From NCBI RefSeq assembly GCF_000143415.4, contig NW_003314325.1:618794-650243 (forward strand): a stretch of DNA of 31,450 bases. The letters run 5' to 3'. Positions within the stretch are counted from its first letter, which is position 1. Each line of letters begins with the position of its first letter. The DNA comes from Selaginella moellendorffii. Taxonomy: Eukaryota; Plantae; Lycopodiophyta. Under the pieces are notes generated by a model, which had not been told where the DNA came from, searched no databases, and saw only the letters and a program-made list of their open reading frames with translations. A program made the position numbers and the translations under genes. Below are positions 12,174-23,512 of this stretch, in pieces.

Positions 12174-13788
12174 TTGATATTGATCTATAGTTGTGTGTGA
12201 GAAAAGGAAAATATTAGTTCCGGACGAAGGAGGAGATCACAATCACGATTCCAATCACTCGCTCACGATCGTCATCCTTTTTTGTTGCGACTTAGAAAAA
12301 TCATATCCACGGACCACGCCCGTGTTTAATCCAATTCTCCCCAAACATGCAAAGACGAGGAAGACGACGATGGACTAGTCCTGTGCCACTTTCTCAAACA
12401 CACTTAAACCTTTTTCTTCCACCACTTTCTCCAAACACCCAGCAAAAAAATAAGAATAAAAATACTTTTTTATATCAGAAGAAAAAACGAATATGCCTCC
12501 ACCAACTTATAAAACCAACTATAAAGTATAAAACCAACTTGTCAAGCAAAGCCAATGCTTGCTAATGTCATGCTTGTGACGAGCTCTGTGTGAGTAGGAA
12601 AGTCAACGCAGCTATCATTTTTTTTCCTTCGAGCGCGCGTTACAAAAAGTCAACCCACATACTGGATTCTAGAATGTCTGGGTTGACCCACCACCACCAC
12701 CAAACTCCCACTAATCCGATGTTAACTCCGCATTATCTCCATGCTTAATGAACACGTTGACACCGCCACCACGAAACACGCGATTTCTCTCCGTGGCCAT
12801 CGCGAGAAAAAAAAAAAAAAAAGCTTTCATGTTCTGTGTAACAGCGCGGCTTCTCAAGAGACGCTTGGCAGGAACTCGAGCGAGGGACTTGACTTTTTGG
12901 GATCCCGGATTGACGTCCAAAATCTCGCCTCCAGTCCTGGAAAAAAAAGCTGTGATGGAGATGAGAACTCTCCGTCCAGCAAAGTCAAGGGTGTAGCTGA
13001 GACTTAGAACAATCGCGACAAACTGGATCAAACTTGCGAGGAGCTTATATGTCAAACTTACGAGCGCGACTTTTCTGGAACGAAGAAGAGCAAGAAAATA
13101 GAAAAAAAACCCAGATGTGATCGGATCGAATAGCGAGGTGGCAGAGCCTAGACAGCGACTTCTCATCCGTTTTGGTTTCGTATCTCTCACTCCTATTAAG
13201 TCGAATGAAAATTTTCCTCGCGTACCTTCCGCTTTCGTTTCGTAGAAAAGCGCCCAGCTTCTTCCCCGTGTTTGGATTCATGTCAAAGATCTCCTCCTCG
13301 TTTATCAAGCCCTGCGTGTGCAAATGTCAACCAAAGAAAACGAGCGAGAAACAAAAAATAATCCAAGAAAAAACCAAGGAAGCATTTGCTGTAATACATC
13401 GCGACTCAAAACAGTAATAGCTATGGATCCATCTACATGGGGCCAACCTCCAATACAACGCAACCAACAACACACAATGTCAACTTCAATAGCACAAATG
13501 CTCCAAGGAAAACATATTTGTTGTTTTCTATCTCCCCAGTCAAACAAGTGCCACCTACCAGCCATTCATTCACGAAAAAAAGGCCAAAACAGAGTTCCAG
13601 AGAACCAAAAAGCCAAAACACCCGAGTCAACCCACGCATTCAATGCGATCCAAAGTTTTATGTCTGAGCCTTTGCGAGCTAATGCGCTGCTACTGCTACT
13701 CTAGCTCACGACAAACACAGAGAGATCAGAGCACACGCAACAGCAAGAGCAAACAGGGGCATGGAACTTGCCTGGCCGCGGTGTCCTT

Positions 13789-15774
13789 TCACAGCTCATG
13801 ATCGTCGTCTGGCGATGGCTTCCTCCGCAGTCCAAAGAGCCGAAGCAGGCTGGAAAACCAGGAGACTTTCTTTGGCTGGAAACACACCACCTCGAAGCTG
13901 TGTTTCAAGTGCGGGGAAACAATCTTGTCCTGCGTGCAGCCGGATTAGTTATAGCTCATGGATTTAAAGTTCCGCTCACCAGGAAAAGGTCCACGGGACA
14001 AAAATGCGATCCATTACATGCCTGTCCAGTAAAGTGAGCGCGCACCATGAGAATGTGTATGAAAACAGCACGGGACTTAACTGGCATAATCATTGGATGT
14101 TCATTGTGAAAGGCTTGCACCCGGAAGGCTGGACTTTGGATGGAGCACTTGTAAAGTACCAGCATCGTGTTACCTCCAAAAGGTGCTACTAGACTTCCCC
14201 TCCAGAGTCGAGGGAGTGGAGGTTTGGGAGGAATCGCGACGGACTTCTCCTCCTGTACAACTTTCACATCTGTAAAGGAGCTTCAGAGGTCAGCTTTTTA
14301 AATGGCCCACACAAACATACCAGCTCCGTCTAAAAAGAGGCCAAGGAGGCACGCGAACGGCAGTACTGTTTCCGCGTGTGCAAATCGCAACTTGGCTTTC
14401 TCCAGAAACTTAGCGTCTGTAGAATCTGAAATGCGCACTAACACTCAGTGATCGACGATAAGCTTTAAATTAATACCTCTGGCGCTTTCCTCCATAGCCG
14501 AAACAATAGCTTCTTTCACGTTGGAAAGTAGAGAGATGCCCATTTTGTAGTTGATTGAATCGCCATAGCCTTTTAGATGATGTAGCTCAACGTCGTCCGC
14601 CCATTCAAGTAGACGAACCTGGAATATCAAAATTACTTCGGTACTAGATAGCCTAGTCGTCAAGATACCTCTTCTGGAAGAAAGAGCTTGCAAGCTTGCG
14701 TAGTGATCTCTAACACAGATGCTTCCTGCAGTACACAACAACAACAAGACATAGCTCGTAAAAGTCCACGAAAACAAAAACAAAAACTTGCCTGCTTGCA
14801 TAAAAACCATAAAGAAGAAATATCATCGTTTGTAAACGGTAATTTATACCTCTTCGTAGCGGCTGCGGAGACCTGTGCATATACTTTGTTTTGGAGTTTG
14901 GCCACAGCCGGTCTTCGAACAGCTTTGGATTCCTATCATAAAAAACTTCAGAAAAAACACAAACCCATGACATCAGACACGCACCTTGTAGTTTTGACAA
15001 CAGTCATGAAATCTTAAGTGTATGTCATTGGTTTTGTTGTCGCTGATCACTGAAAATGCGCGGTGCTTCCCATCGCCAAGCGATCCTTTGTTCGAGAACA
15101 AACCCATGCCGAAGGCAACGGCACTCTGCGCAGACCTGTGAACCTGCGAGACAAGACAAGTTCATCGACGAACAAAAGCTTTCTCTCCAAAACAAACCTG
15201 AGTCGTGAGGATCGGGCTGATTTTCGGATGATAGTCACCACTAAAAATCTCCGGGAACCTCTCCCGGATCCTCTGCCCAAGCCGGAACATCTCCTCCTCA
15301 CCGGGGATCGTCAGCTCGCCACCGACAAACTTTCCTCTCCATGCGGCCTCCCATCCGGAAGGCAGAAAAAACTCTCCAGCCTTCATGCTCTTGGCAAGCT
15401 CACTGAGCCTGACTTCCAGCTCCTCAAGCTGTTTCAAGCGCTTCTTTGTAGGCGCTCGCGTCCCATGCCTTGCCTGAAAAGCAAAGCAACCAAAAAAGAA
15501 CAAGAAAATCGAACCAAGAACGCTCGTATAATCCTCTCTTACCACAAGATTCAAGTGAATAGGAACGCAGCCTTCCGGCGGCGATGGATCCTCCGTGAAG
15601 TGCTTGCTTCCAAGATCTCGCGAAACTTCATACCTGAAAAATCCATGGAGAGCTGTCTGGAATCCGCATGGATGGATGAAAATCTCACCTGGTGGAGCTG
15701 GAAAGGTGCTCGCGCACGTCGAAATCTGCAAATGCAGTGGACAGCAGCAGCACAACCGACACGAGCGCTCTCAT
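13789..15774 (-). CDS. Histidine acid phosphatase, multiple inositol polyphosphate phosphatase (MINPP1-like), multi-exon
   Basis: ATG at 15774 gives signal peptide MRALVSVVLLLSTAFA then DFDVREHLSSSTR. Catalytic VARHGTRAP; GGELTIPGEEE; LWFLCKQEAS; LRFAHAETVLPF (HAE proton donor typical of MINPP); VAPFGGNTMLVLYKC. Ends ...PDDDHEL* (ER-retention-like). Confidence 0.9.
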
Positions 15775-15961
15775 CTCCGCATAAACCCTAAAAAAGGAGC
15801 AAACCTTTACCTTTGTCAAGAGAGTTATTTCTCATTTGAGAATTTTTTTCTCGCGCTCTCGTGTCACGTCGCCATCATTCCCATTTCACACTTATTTGGA
15901 ATCGTTGCATCATGAAAGAAGCGTACTATGCTACACTCTGAACACGCGATTCGTGTCCCTG

Positions 15962-15969
15962 CTATAAAT
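15962..15969 (+). promoter_or_regulatory. Putative TATA box in the 386-bp head-to-head spacer between the MINPP-like and GAT-like genes
   Basis: ctataaat in the short divergent intergenic region. Confidence 0.4.
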
Positions 15970-16160
15970 TTCTATCTTGTCATTGTTTTGTCTAAGCGAT
16001 CATCGATATTCCCAATCTTTCCTTCTTCTTTCTTTCACTCTCGACCCTCTCGAGAATTTCCACTTGCTTGGTGTTGGTCTGCTTGCTCACATTTTTTCTA
16101 ACGATGGCTTCCTCATACTAGTTTGTCCTCTAATAAGTTTTCTTAGTAGCTTTGGAGAGA

Positions 16161-17916
16161 ATGGGGGAAGAGGCTGCGCTCGCCAAAGAGAAGCTCGACG
16201 CTGGAGCGGCATTCGTGCTAGTATCCAAAGGTTTGAATGCTCGCAAAACTCGTATAGGATTTGATCAAAGATATTCCAGGAACAAGAGAGAGCTTTGACT
16301 GAGAGTTTTTTCTTGAATCTTGCTTGCAGGGACATGGCTACACGCAGCGTACCATCTCACCACAGCCATCGTTGGTCCAGCGATTCTAAGCCTTCCATAC
16401 GCTTTCGCGTCACTCGGCTGGGAATTGGGAGTTTTGGCCCTGACAATGGGAGCTCTTGTCACCTTCTATGGCTACAATCTCGTCTCCACGCTGCTCGAGC
16501 AAGCGGATCAAAGAGGCCAGAGACACTTGCGCTTGGGAGATTTGGCGGTGGACATTCTTGGTGAGATTCTTTTTCTTTCTTTTCCGAAAAGCTGCGCTGT
16601 AGTTCTGACTTTCTTTATCCTGTTCTTGCAGGACCAAAGTGGAGTAAATACGTTGTTTTTCCGCAGATGGTCATCAGCTTTGGCATCGTTGTTGGCAGCA
16701 ATCTCTTGTGCGGACAAGGAATGCTCGTAAGTTCTCCTCTCAATCGTTTCTTCCAGCTTTCCAAGTGAACCATCGGGTTTAAACGCAGAAAATCTACGAG
16801 AACTTGGTGAAAGATGGCGACCTTAAGCTTTACCACTTCGTGATGATCAGCGCGTCGATCATGATCATCCTGTCCCAGCTTCCATCTTTCCACTCGCTTC
16901 GCTACATCAGCCTCGCCTCGGCGCTCCTCTCCATGGGATACAGCCTTGGCGTGGTGGCGGCGTGCATCTACGCAGGTTGGGCTTCTCGAGCTCTGAAACT
17001 TTGCTCGTGATCACCTTCGAATTTACCAGCAGCTTCTCAGGTCACTCTAAGCGAGCGCCACCAAAGGATTACTCCATCGTTGGGAGCACCAGCGCTAGAG
17101 TTTTCCACGCTTTCAATGGCCTCTCGATCATGGCCTCGACGTATGGAGTGAGCATTATACCCGAGATCCAGGTTGGTGTTCTCGTTATCTAAGTTTCATC
17201 TTTAGAAAGAAAAACGATGTTTTGCTACTGCTTCCAGGCGACTATAGCTTCTCCAGTGTCCGGGAAGATGTTTAAAGGATTGCTGCTTTGCTACGCGGTC
17301 GTGGTGACGACGTTCTTCTCGGTTTCCATCTCGGGCTACTGGGCTTTTGGCAACAAAGCCACTGGAAATCTCTTCGACAACTTCATTCCAGACGACAACA
17401 CAACGCTAGCTCCCGACTGGCTCTTGTTCCTGATCATTCTCTTCATCGTCATCCAGCTCCTCGCAATCGCAGTGGTGAGTTTTTCCATAGATTTTCTCTG
17501 GAGTTTTAGAACTTCTTCTTTCATCACAGGTTTATTCGCAGCCTCTCTTTGATGTCTTCGAGACTGCTCTTTCCGACGTCAAAAGGCCAATCTTCTCGTT
17601 TAGAAACTTGCTCCCCCGGCTCGCAGTGAGATCACTCTACATAGTTTTGGCAGCGTTTCTAGCGGCAATGCTCCCGTTCTTCGGAGATCTCAATGCGTTC
17701 ATAGGCGCCGTGGGGTTCTTGCCTCTAGCTTTCATTCTCCCCCCGGTTCTCTACAACATCAAGTGTAAGCCATCGCCAGGGACGGTGGTCTTCTGGGTAA
17801 ACACAGCCATTATCGTGGTGTACGGTGCCATGGCGGTCATGGGAAGCGTTTCTTCCGTACGCCAGATCGTCCTGGACGCTCACAAGTTCAAGGTCTTCTC
17901 CAATAACACAAGCTAA
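16161..17916 (+). CDS. GABA transporter-like amino acid permease (AAAP/ATF family, GAT clade), multi-exon
   Basis: MGEEAALAKEKLDAGAAFVLVSK|GTWLHAAYHLTTAIVGPAILSLPY..., LSQLPSFHSLRYIS, IIPEIQATIASPVSGKMFKGL, ISGYWAFGN, AAMLPFFGDLNAFIGAVGFLPL, SSVRQIVLDAHKFKVFS. Many hydrophobic TM segments; GT-AG introns. Confidence 0.92.
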
Positions 17917-18120
17917 CTGAGAATGTATGAATCTTTGGCAACCACTTAACCAAGCCACTTGATCAGTCCAAAGAGTTTACAAGCGAGAAGGCCCATGGGG
18001 AATGTCCCAGAGGTTGCATAAGCAACTGTGTTAAGGCGGCATGAAAAAGATAACTTTCCAACGGTAACAAAACAATTTCAAAAAATAAATAGGAAGTTTA
18101 TGCTAGGGTTAGAGTGATCC

Positions 18121-18281
18121 TTAACGGGCAGGAATGCGCTAGTTGCACAATTTTACTGCAACATCTGATGTGGCCTGTACAATTCAGGAGAATATGTGGT
18201 AGAAACAAGTTCTCCAAAATCATACTAATCCAATAAAAATGTGCCATGTGTTACTCAACCAACTTGTGCCTGCCCCGTTAA
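18121..18281. repeat. Short element bounded by imperfect inverted repeats (MITE-like or transposon end)
   Basis: ttaacgggcagg...agttg at 18121 versus caac...cctgccccgttaa ending at 18281. Confidence 0.4.
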
Positions 18282-20399
18282 TGACTGTCAAAGGGCATGT
18301 ATGTGCCCGTTGACCACAGAAAGATGCTCGCCACACCTGGCTTAACATATTCCTCCTACACAGCCTTGTTCTTGGGTGGTTAGACAACTCAATTCTTTAT
18401 CATTGAAGACAACTCAATTCTTTTTTATTGAAATTTTCTTCCTTCACCTTTCTTTTCTTGATTTTTCTCTTTCTTGTGCTTGTTTGTGCACATGTGTATG
18501 CTTCTTGGGTTGTTGTGAGCTCCAATAGTTCCAATAAATTAGCCTAGCTTCACTACTTTCAAGTATTTGTAGAAGGTTTAGTTCCACCATAGTAATTTAA
18601 AACATGTTACACATGCGCACAATCCATGATCTTAGTCTTCTTGTAAATGTCAAGTAGGCAAGTCATTCTCCAACCCCAAATGACAGATTTTGTCATGAAT
18701 CCTTATTGCAACTTGAATCACAGCATCCATGGTTTTTCTTTAGTATTTTATGTTTACTTAAGGAGCATTAAGAAACAAGTTTGATGAGATTAGGCTCTTA
18801 GTCTTGTTTTTCCCACAAGTCTTACAAATATGACCATCAAATGCCTGCCCCAATTTTGTTACAAATTACAATACTGCTAAATACCTCCTAGAGTATTAAC
18901 AGTGTTACCTCCATGAGTATACTCTTTGAGAAAACATCCCACCCAGACATCTGAAGCATGTCCCTCCATAAGTTTAAAATCCGAGAGTGTTAACAAGGAT
19001 TCTTGTGGTGTCTTTGTAGAAAGCAATAACGCCATGCATTGCTTAGAAGCATTAAGTGATAACCAAGATCTTAGTAGAAGGACTAACTTCTTAAAACTCA
19101 AGGAGAAAGAGTGATAGACCTTGCAATCCTCTTGCTGGATGTTGTGGAGGCAGAGCAAGAGGTCAAGTCATACCTTGCTTATCTTGCATAGATGTCCAAG
19201 CCTCCTATTTGAGAAGTGTTGGGTTATGCTATTTCATTTTTTAGTATATGTTATCGATTTTTTAATTCATGTTAACCATCCCAGGGAATCTCTCATAGTA
19301 TCAAAGTTAATCACTTGTACTAGAAACACCATTAATCCTTTCTAGTGCTCACCTGTCACTCCAAGTGAATATAAAAGAAAAGGGGAAGTGGTTTGAGTGA
19401 ATTTCATTCCATTGTTTTCTCCTTCCATATTTTTTCTTTGATCTCTATAGGGAAGGCACTATTCTCACTTGGTTCGGTGAAACTGAACACAAGCTCAAGA
19501 CAAAAAAGCTATTGGGCTTTTGTCTCAGGTAGCACAACCTACCTTCTTGAGCTCACTCTTACATTAGAGAGAACACTATCCCTAGAAGCTATGAAGGAAT
19601 ACAAAGTTGAGATTGACAATGACTAAAACCTTGATGGCAGATGCTGGGTGAGACAAAAATAGAATCTTTGATCAATCCACTGCTGCCAGTGCATGGCAAT
19701 CACTGAAGAGGATATATGTTCATGATACTCAGGCAACTGAGTATACCCTGGTGGCACTAAAGTTGGTGAATCCTTAATAAAATTTACCATGATCATGAGT
19801 GGAAGGAGAGTACAAGCAAGTGAAGCATCGCATCACTCTGCTCCAATCCAAAACGATGTCATCAAGCAGATAATCATACTAGATGTCACTAGTCCCTCAT
19901 AATGAGAAAGTTGAAGTTAATGGTACAGCTCTAACAACAACAAAAGTCTACAATAAGAAGTATATTATGTTTGATTCCTTAGATTCTAATTAGCCTAAAA
20001 GCACCTCTCAATGAATGAGTCAAGCTGGGTGTGATTATGTTCATCCTCAGGGCCATGACTTGGGGCAATCTATCTCCAGTAGAGGAGAAGCAAAGTATTA
20101 TCCTTGCATGTGAAGAATGCAAGGAATGCATCTAATCCTTACATGCAAGAGTCATTATTCAATGATCATGTTAGAGTGTGATCAATGAAATGTGAATGTA
20201 CACTCCTTAATGTCCCATAGGGACTAATACAATAACTTGGGCATGTCACCTTCTCTCAAAGCTACCTAGTATCGCTCAAGTGAGTGTCTCTAGTGGGACT
20301 AGCTTTGCAGTAGTCTTAGCGAGACCCTTCTCCTGCATGCCATGTCCAGATTGATATCTCCCACCATGTTGAGTGTAGGATCAAGCCTAAGGGGCACCA

Positions 20400-21060
20400 C
20401 TACCAGCAGACCTTGCTGTTGACCACCCTTCTAAAGCATGGGAGCCATCTCCTCTACCAGCTCTCCATCTGTTCAGGTTTATCCTTTAGGATATTGTAGT
20501 GGAGTCGCACTACAGCCAGCATAAGTCTCCACAATATGCCTACTATCACCACCATCTATGTTGCCCTTTGCACCTGATTTGTCACCATGCCAGACCACAA
20601 GCTGGTTCTCTTGCTTCCTCAAACTAGTGGAAGATATCGCCACAGTGAACCTCGAACTCTGAAGAGACTCCCATCTTTCTAGTCGTCTTTAGAATTTGTC
20701 ACCATACCTCTTTTGCCACTTTGCACTTCCATACCACATGCTCAAATTGTCTCTGTTTCCCTGCACTCCAGCTAGGTTTGTCCTGGAACCTTTGCCCCAC
20801 TAGGAGACCAGGTCCAAGCACCAACTGAGTCTAACCAGAACTCCATCTTGCTCCGTTTAATGCTATATTGCCACAAAGTCCCTAACTTGAGACAGTGTTG
20901 AGGCCATTTCTTCCCCATCTTTGCTGCGTTTACCACTCTAAGCAGCCAAAAAATTTCATAATGGACATTCTACCTTTTCCCTTGTCTAAAGACTTGTAAT
21001 CTCCTTATTGATTTTTACATGTTCCTGTCCAGAATACCTATCAGGTGCTTGGTCCTAAAA
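20400..21060 (-). mobile_element. Decayed LINE (L1-like) ORF2 C-terminal fragment with zf-RVT motif; boundaries approximate
   Basis: The minus strand of 20700-20775 reads (with a frameshift) LECRETET-FEHVVWKCKVAKEVW, matching the C..ET..H....C..A..VW zinc-binding motif of plant L1 elements. Many stops. Confidence 0.45.
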
Positions 21061-21923
21061 AATGCAAAATGAATATCCAAGATTAGATTATTTATAGATA
21101 TTTATATTGCACTAACATTTTTCTTCAATCACTTTCAAGATCAAATATGAAGCCAAAACCCTAATAAAAAAAGTGACATGAAAATCAAGCTTCAAGGACA
21201 ACTCCTCACCATTCGACACAACAATGCCACTTTCACAATGTCTCAACTATACACTTATCCAATAATTTACTCTAAGTGCTAACAAATTAACTAACAAACT
21301 ATAGCAAATGAATGTTAGAACCCTTTTTTAAAACATTAAGGAATCAACTTAGCATAATATAGATCACCATTAACTTAATTAAAGTTACTTCAATGCTATT
21401 ATGTATAAAGGGGCTGGGTAGTTTTTGAGTTGAGCTCAAGTCAATAAAAGTTAACAAAAGTCAAAGGAAGTCAATACAATCCCCTAACTAGCGAAAGTTT
21501 AATGGCACTACCTTAGTTTGTCCCAAACCAATAATTTTTAATATAAAATCTAGATGTTTAAAGTATTCCATAAGCTTTTGTAGATTATTGGTTTGACACT
21601 AACTAATCTTTTAGTCTACAAAGAAAGAAAGTAGTATATTAAACAACATAATTAATATTAGAATATATTCAATCTTATTTTGCTTCCATATCCAAAAGCA
21701 AAAATGGGTATAGTGGAATGCTCCTTCACTATATGCTTGTGTTGTATGTAATGTTGTGCCATGTGTTCAACATAAATAGGTAAGTGGAATTGACTTCGGT
21801 CCATATGATCATCCATATCATCAGGATCAAGCGTGTGGATTGAAACACTGTGTGTGATAAGTATGGACCTAATGACATACAAACATTTAAAAATAAATAT
21901 TATAGATTACTTCAAAACTAACA

Positions 21924-22037
21924 TCACTTGTCGCAAAAGCTCCCAAGAATATCTTCAAAGGCACCCTCCTTCTCAAGTGCAAAAACAGCTCGGTTTATCT
22001 CTTTCACTACTTGCACCATTGACCCAAATCTTGCTGT
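21924..22037 (-). pseudogene. 3' end of a decayed DNA amino-methyltransferase-like gene, split off by the retrotransposon
   Basis: Reads (T)ARFGSMVQVVKEINRAVFALEKEGAFEDILGSFCDK*, in frame with ...KGIVLDV at 27627 once the element and one TSD copy are removed. Confidence 0.5.
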
Positions 22038-22424
22038 TGTCAGGAATCCCCCAATTATTGCCACATTCCTGACTCTCATTGGATTCCTGACCTACAGACC
22101 ACATTCCTGACTCTCGAGACACTTCCCTATTCCTGACTCTTGAGACACTTTCCTATTCCTGACTCTCGAGACACTTCCCGATTCCTGAGTCTCGAGCCAC
22201 ATTCCTGATGATGATGTGGCGCCTCCTCGACCTCAGCTATATTTAGGCCGTCCTCGATCCAAGAGTGGTGGAGCTTCATCAACCTATAGTATATATAAGT
22301 TAGCCTTGTTCCATTTCTCCACAATCTGAATCAACGCCAGTCTAAGGCCTCTTCTTTGTATCCACTAGTTTTTCTCTTTGTCTTTTTGCATTTTCCAATC
22401 TTGATCTTGTCAGGGGTCTTGACA
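22038..22424 (+). repeat. 5' LTR (387 bp)
   Basis: TG...CA ends, internal attcctgactctcgagacac repeats, direct repeat of 27261-27621. Confidence 0.96.
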
Positions 22425-22426
22425 GT

Positions 22427-22441
22427 TTGATTCAGATTGTG
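22427..22441 (+). promoter_or_regulatory. Primer-binding site complementary to the LTR itself (self-priming type)
   Basis: ttgattcagattgtg is the exact reverse complement of LTR 22320-22334 cacaatctgaatcaa. No TGG tRNA-type PBS is present. Confidence 0.8.
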
Positions 22442-22523
22442 TTTTTTCGTTTTTTGATTTAGCTCGTTTTGATTGTTTGATTACCTTTGCCTTTTTTTCC
22501 CCCTTTTTCCTTTCTTCTTTCCA

Positions 22524-23495
22524 ATGGAGTCTCCAAGCCATCCTGATTTCTTTGCTGAAGTCCTTGCAAAAATCCAGTCTGAGAATACCAAGCTGAAGGC
22601 GACCCTTCTTCGCATGCAGCAGGAGCTTGCTTCACTTTCGGCTCAAGGATCCAGCAAAGTTCCTAAACCGAAGGTGAGCTTCCCGGCGAAATTTTCAGGC
22701 AAGCGTTCGGAGCTTCGTGGATTCCTGAACCAGATGGAGTTGATCTTCGCACTTCAACATCAGCGGTACCCTACTCCCGAGTCTCAAATCGGCGCAATTG
22801 GGACATTGCTCAAAGGTGCAGCTTTGTCATGGTTTTCTCCTCTTCTGGAGAAAAGCATGAAAGGGGTCGTGGTTCCAGAGCTGATGGATCTTCAATTGTT
22901 CAAAGAGAAGCTCGAAGCATGTTTTGGCGAGACGGATCGGGTTCGGGCTGCTACCACAAAGATGAGACGTCTCTCTCAGGGGTCTCGTCCTGCCTCGATC
23001 TATGCTGCAGAGTTCCAACTCCTTACTTTGGACACTCAGTGGGATGAGCGGGCCCTAATTGACCAATTTCGTTTCGGCCTCAACAACGGTGTCAAGGATT
23101 TGTTGCTCACCATGGAGGATCCCAAGGACCTGTCGGATGCCATCAACAAAGCTGTTCGATGTGACAATCGTCTCTTTGAACGTCGTCAGGAAAGTCGCCG
23201 CACCGCTGTTTTTCCGTCCCAGACTCAGGAATCCCAGCTTGAGTCTTCGGGGCATACTCCTGAACCTACTGCTCCGGTTCCAATGGATATTTCTGGTACT
23301 CCCCGACTCATTAGAGGGAAGTTGAGTCCTGCTGAGAAGCAACGTCAAATATCTCATAATCTTTGCCTCTATTGTGCTGATCCTAATCACAAAGCAGCTG
23401 TATGTCCCAAGAAGCCTCCTCGACTGCTCGAGTTCACTCTGCCTCAAAGTCCACCTCTATTGCAGTCGGGAAACGACCCTGTCCAAACAGAGTAG
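22524..23495 (+). CDS. gag: Gag (retrotransposon capsid plus CCHC zinc knuckle)
   Basis: [43 protein letters not shown] and [14 protein letters not shown]; the frame is intact. Confidence 0.93.
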   Translation: MESPSHPDFFAEVLAKIQSENTKLKATLLRMQQELASLSAQGSSKVPKPKVSFPAKFSGKRSELRGFLNQMELIFALQHQRYPTPESQIGAIGTLLKGAALSWFSPLLEKSMKGVVVPELMDLQLFKEKLEACFGETDRVRAATTKMRRLSQGSRPASIYAAEFQLLTLDTQWDERALIDQFRFGLNNGVKDLLLTMEDPKDLSDAINKAVRCDNRLFERRQESRRTAVFPSQTQESQLESSGHTPEPTAPVPMDISGTPRLIRGKLSPAEKQRQISHNLCLYCADPNHKAAVCPKKPPRLLEFTLPQSPPLLQSGNDPVQTE

Positions 23496-23512
23496 GAGCT
23501 GTCTGTTTGGAC
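23468..23512 (+). promoter_or_regulatory. -1 programmed ribosomal frameshift signal (slippery heptamer plus stem-loop)
   Basis: G GGA AAC in the gag frame (23468-23474), a 6-nt spacer, then an 11-bp stem gtccaaacaga (23481-23491) / tctgtttggac (23502-23512). pol is in the -1 frame. Confidence 0.85.

Noticed and set aside
3866-17916. Functional gene cluster among the five genes
   Set aside because: The functions are unrelated (meiosis, peroxisomal acyl activation, signalling, inositol phosphate, transport). Proximity is explained by genome compactness.
22060-22210. Regularly spaced short repeats resembling a CRISPR array
   Set aside because: The units are near-identical tandem repeats without unique spacers, they lie inside both LTRs, the context is eukaryotic, and there are no cas genes.
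23493-23500. Stop-codon readthrough of the gag TAG
   Set aside because: pol is in the -1 frame, not the gag frame, and a frameshift cassette explains its expression.
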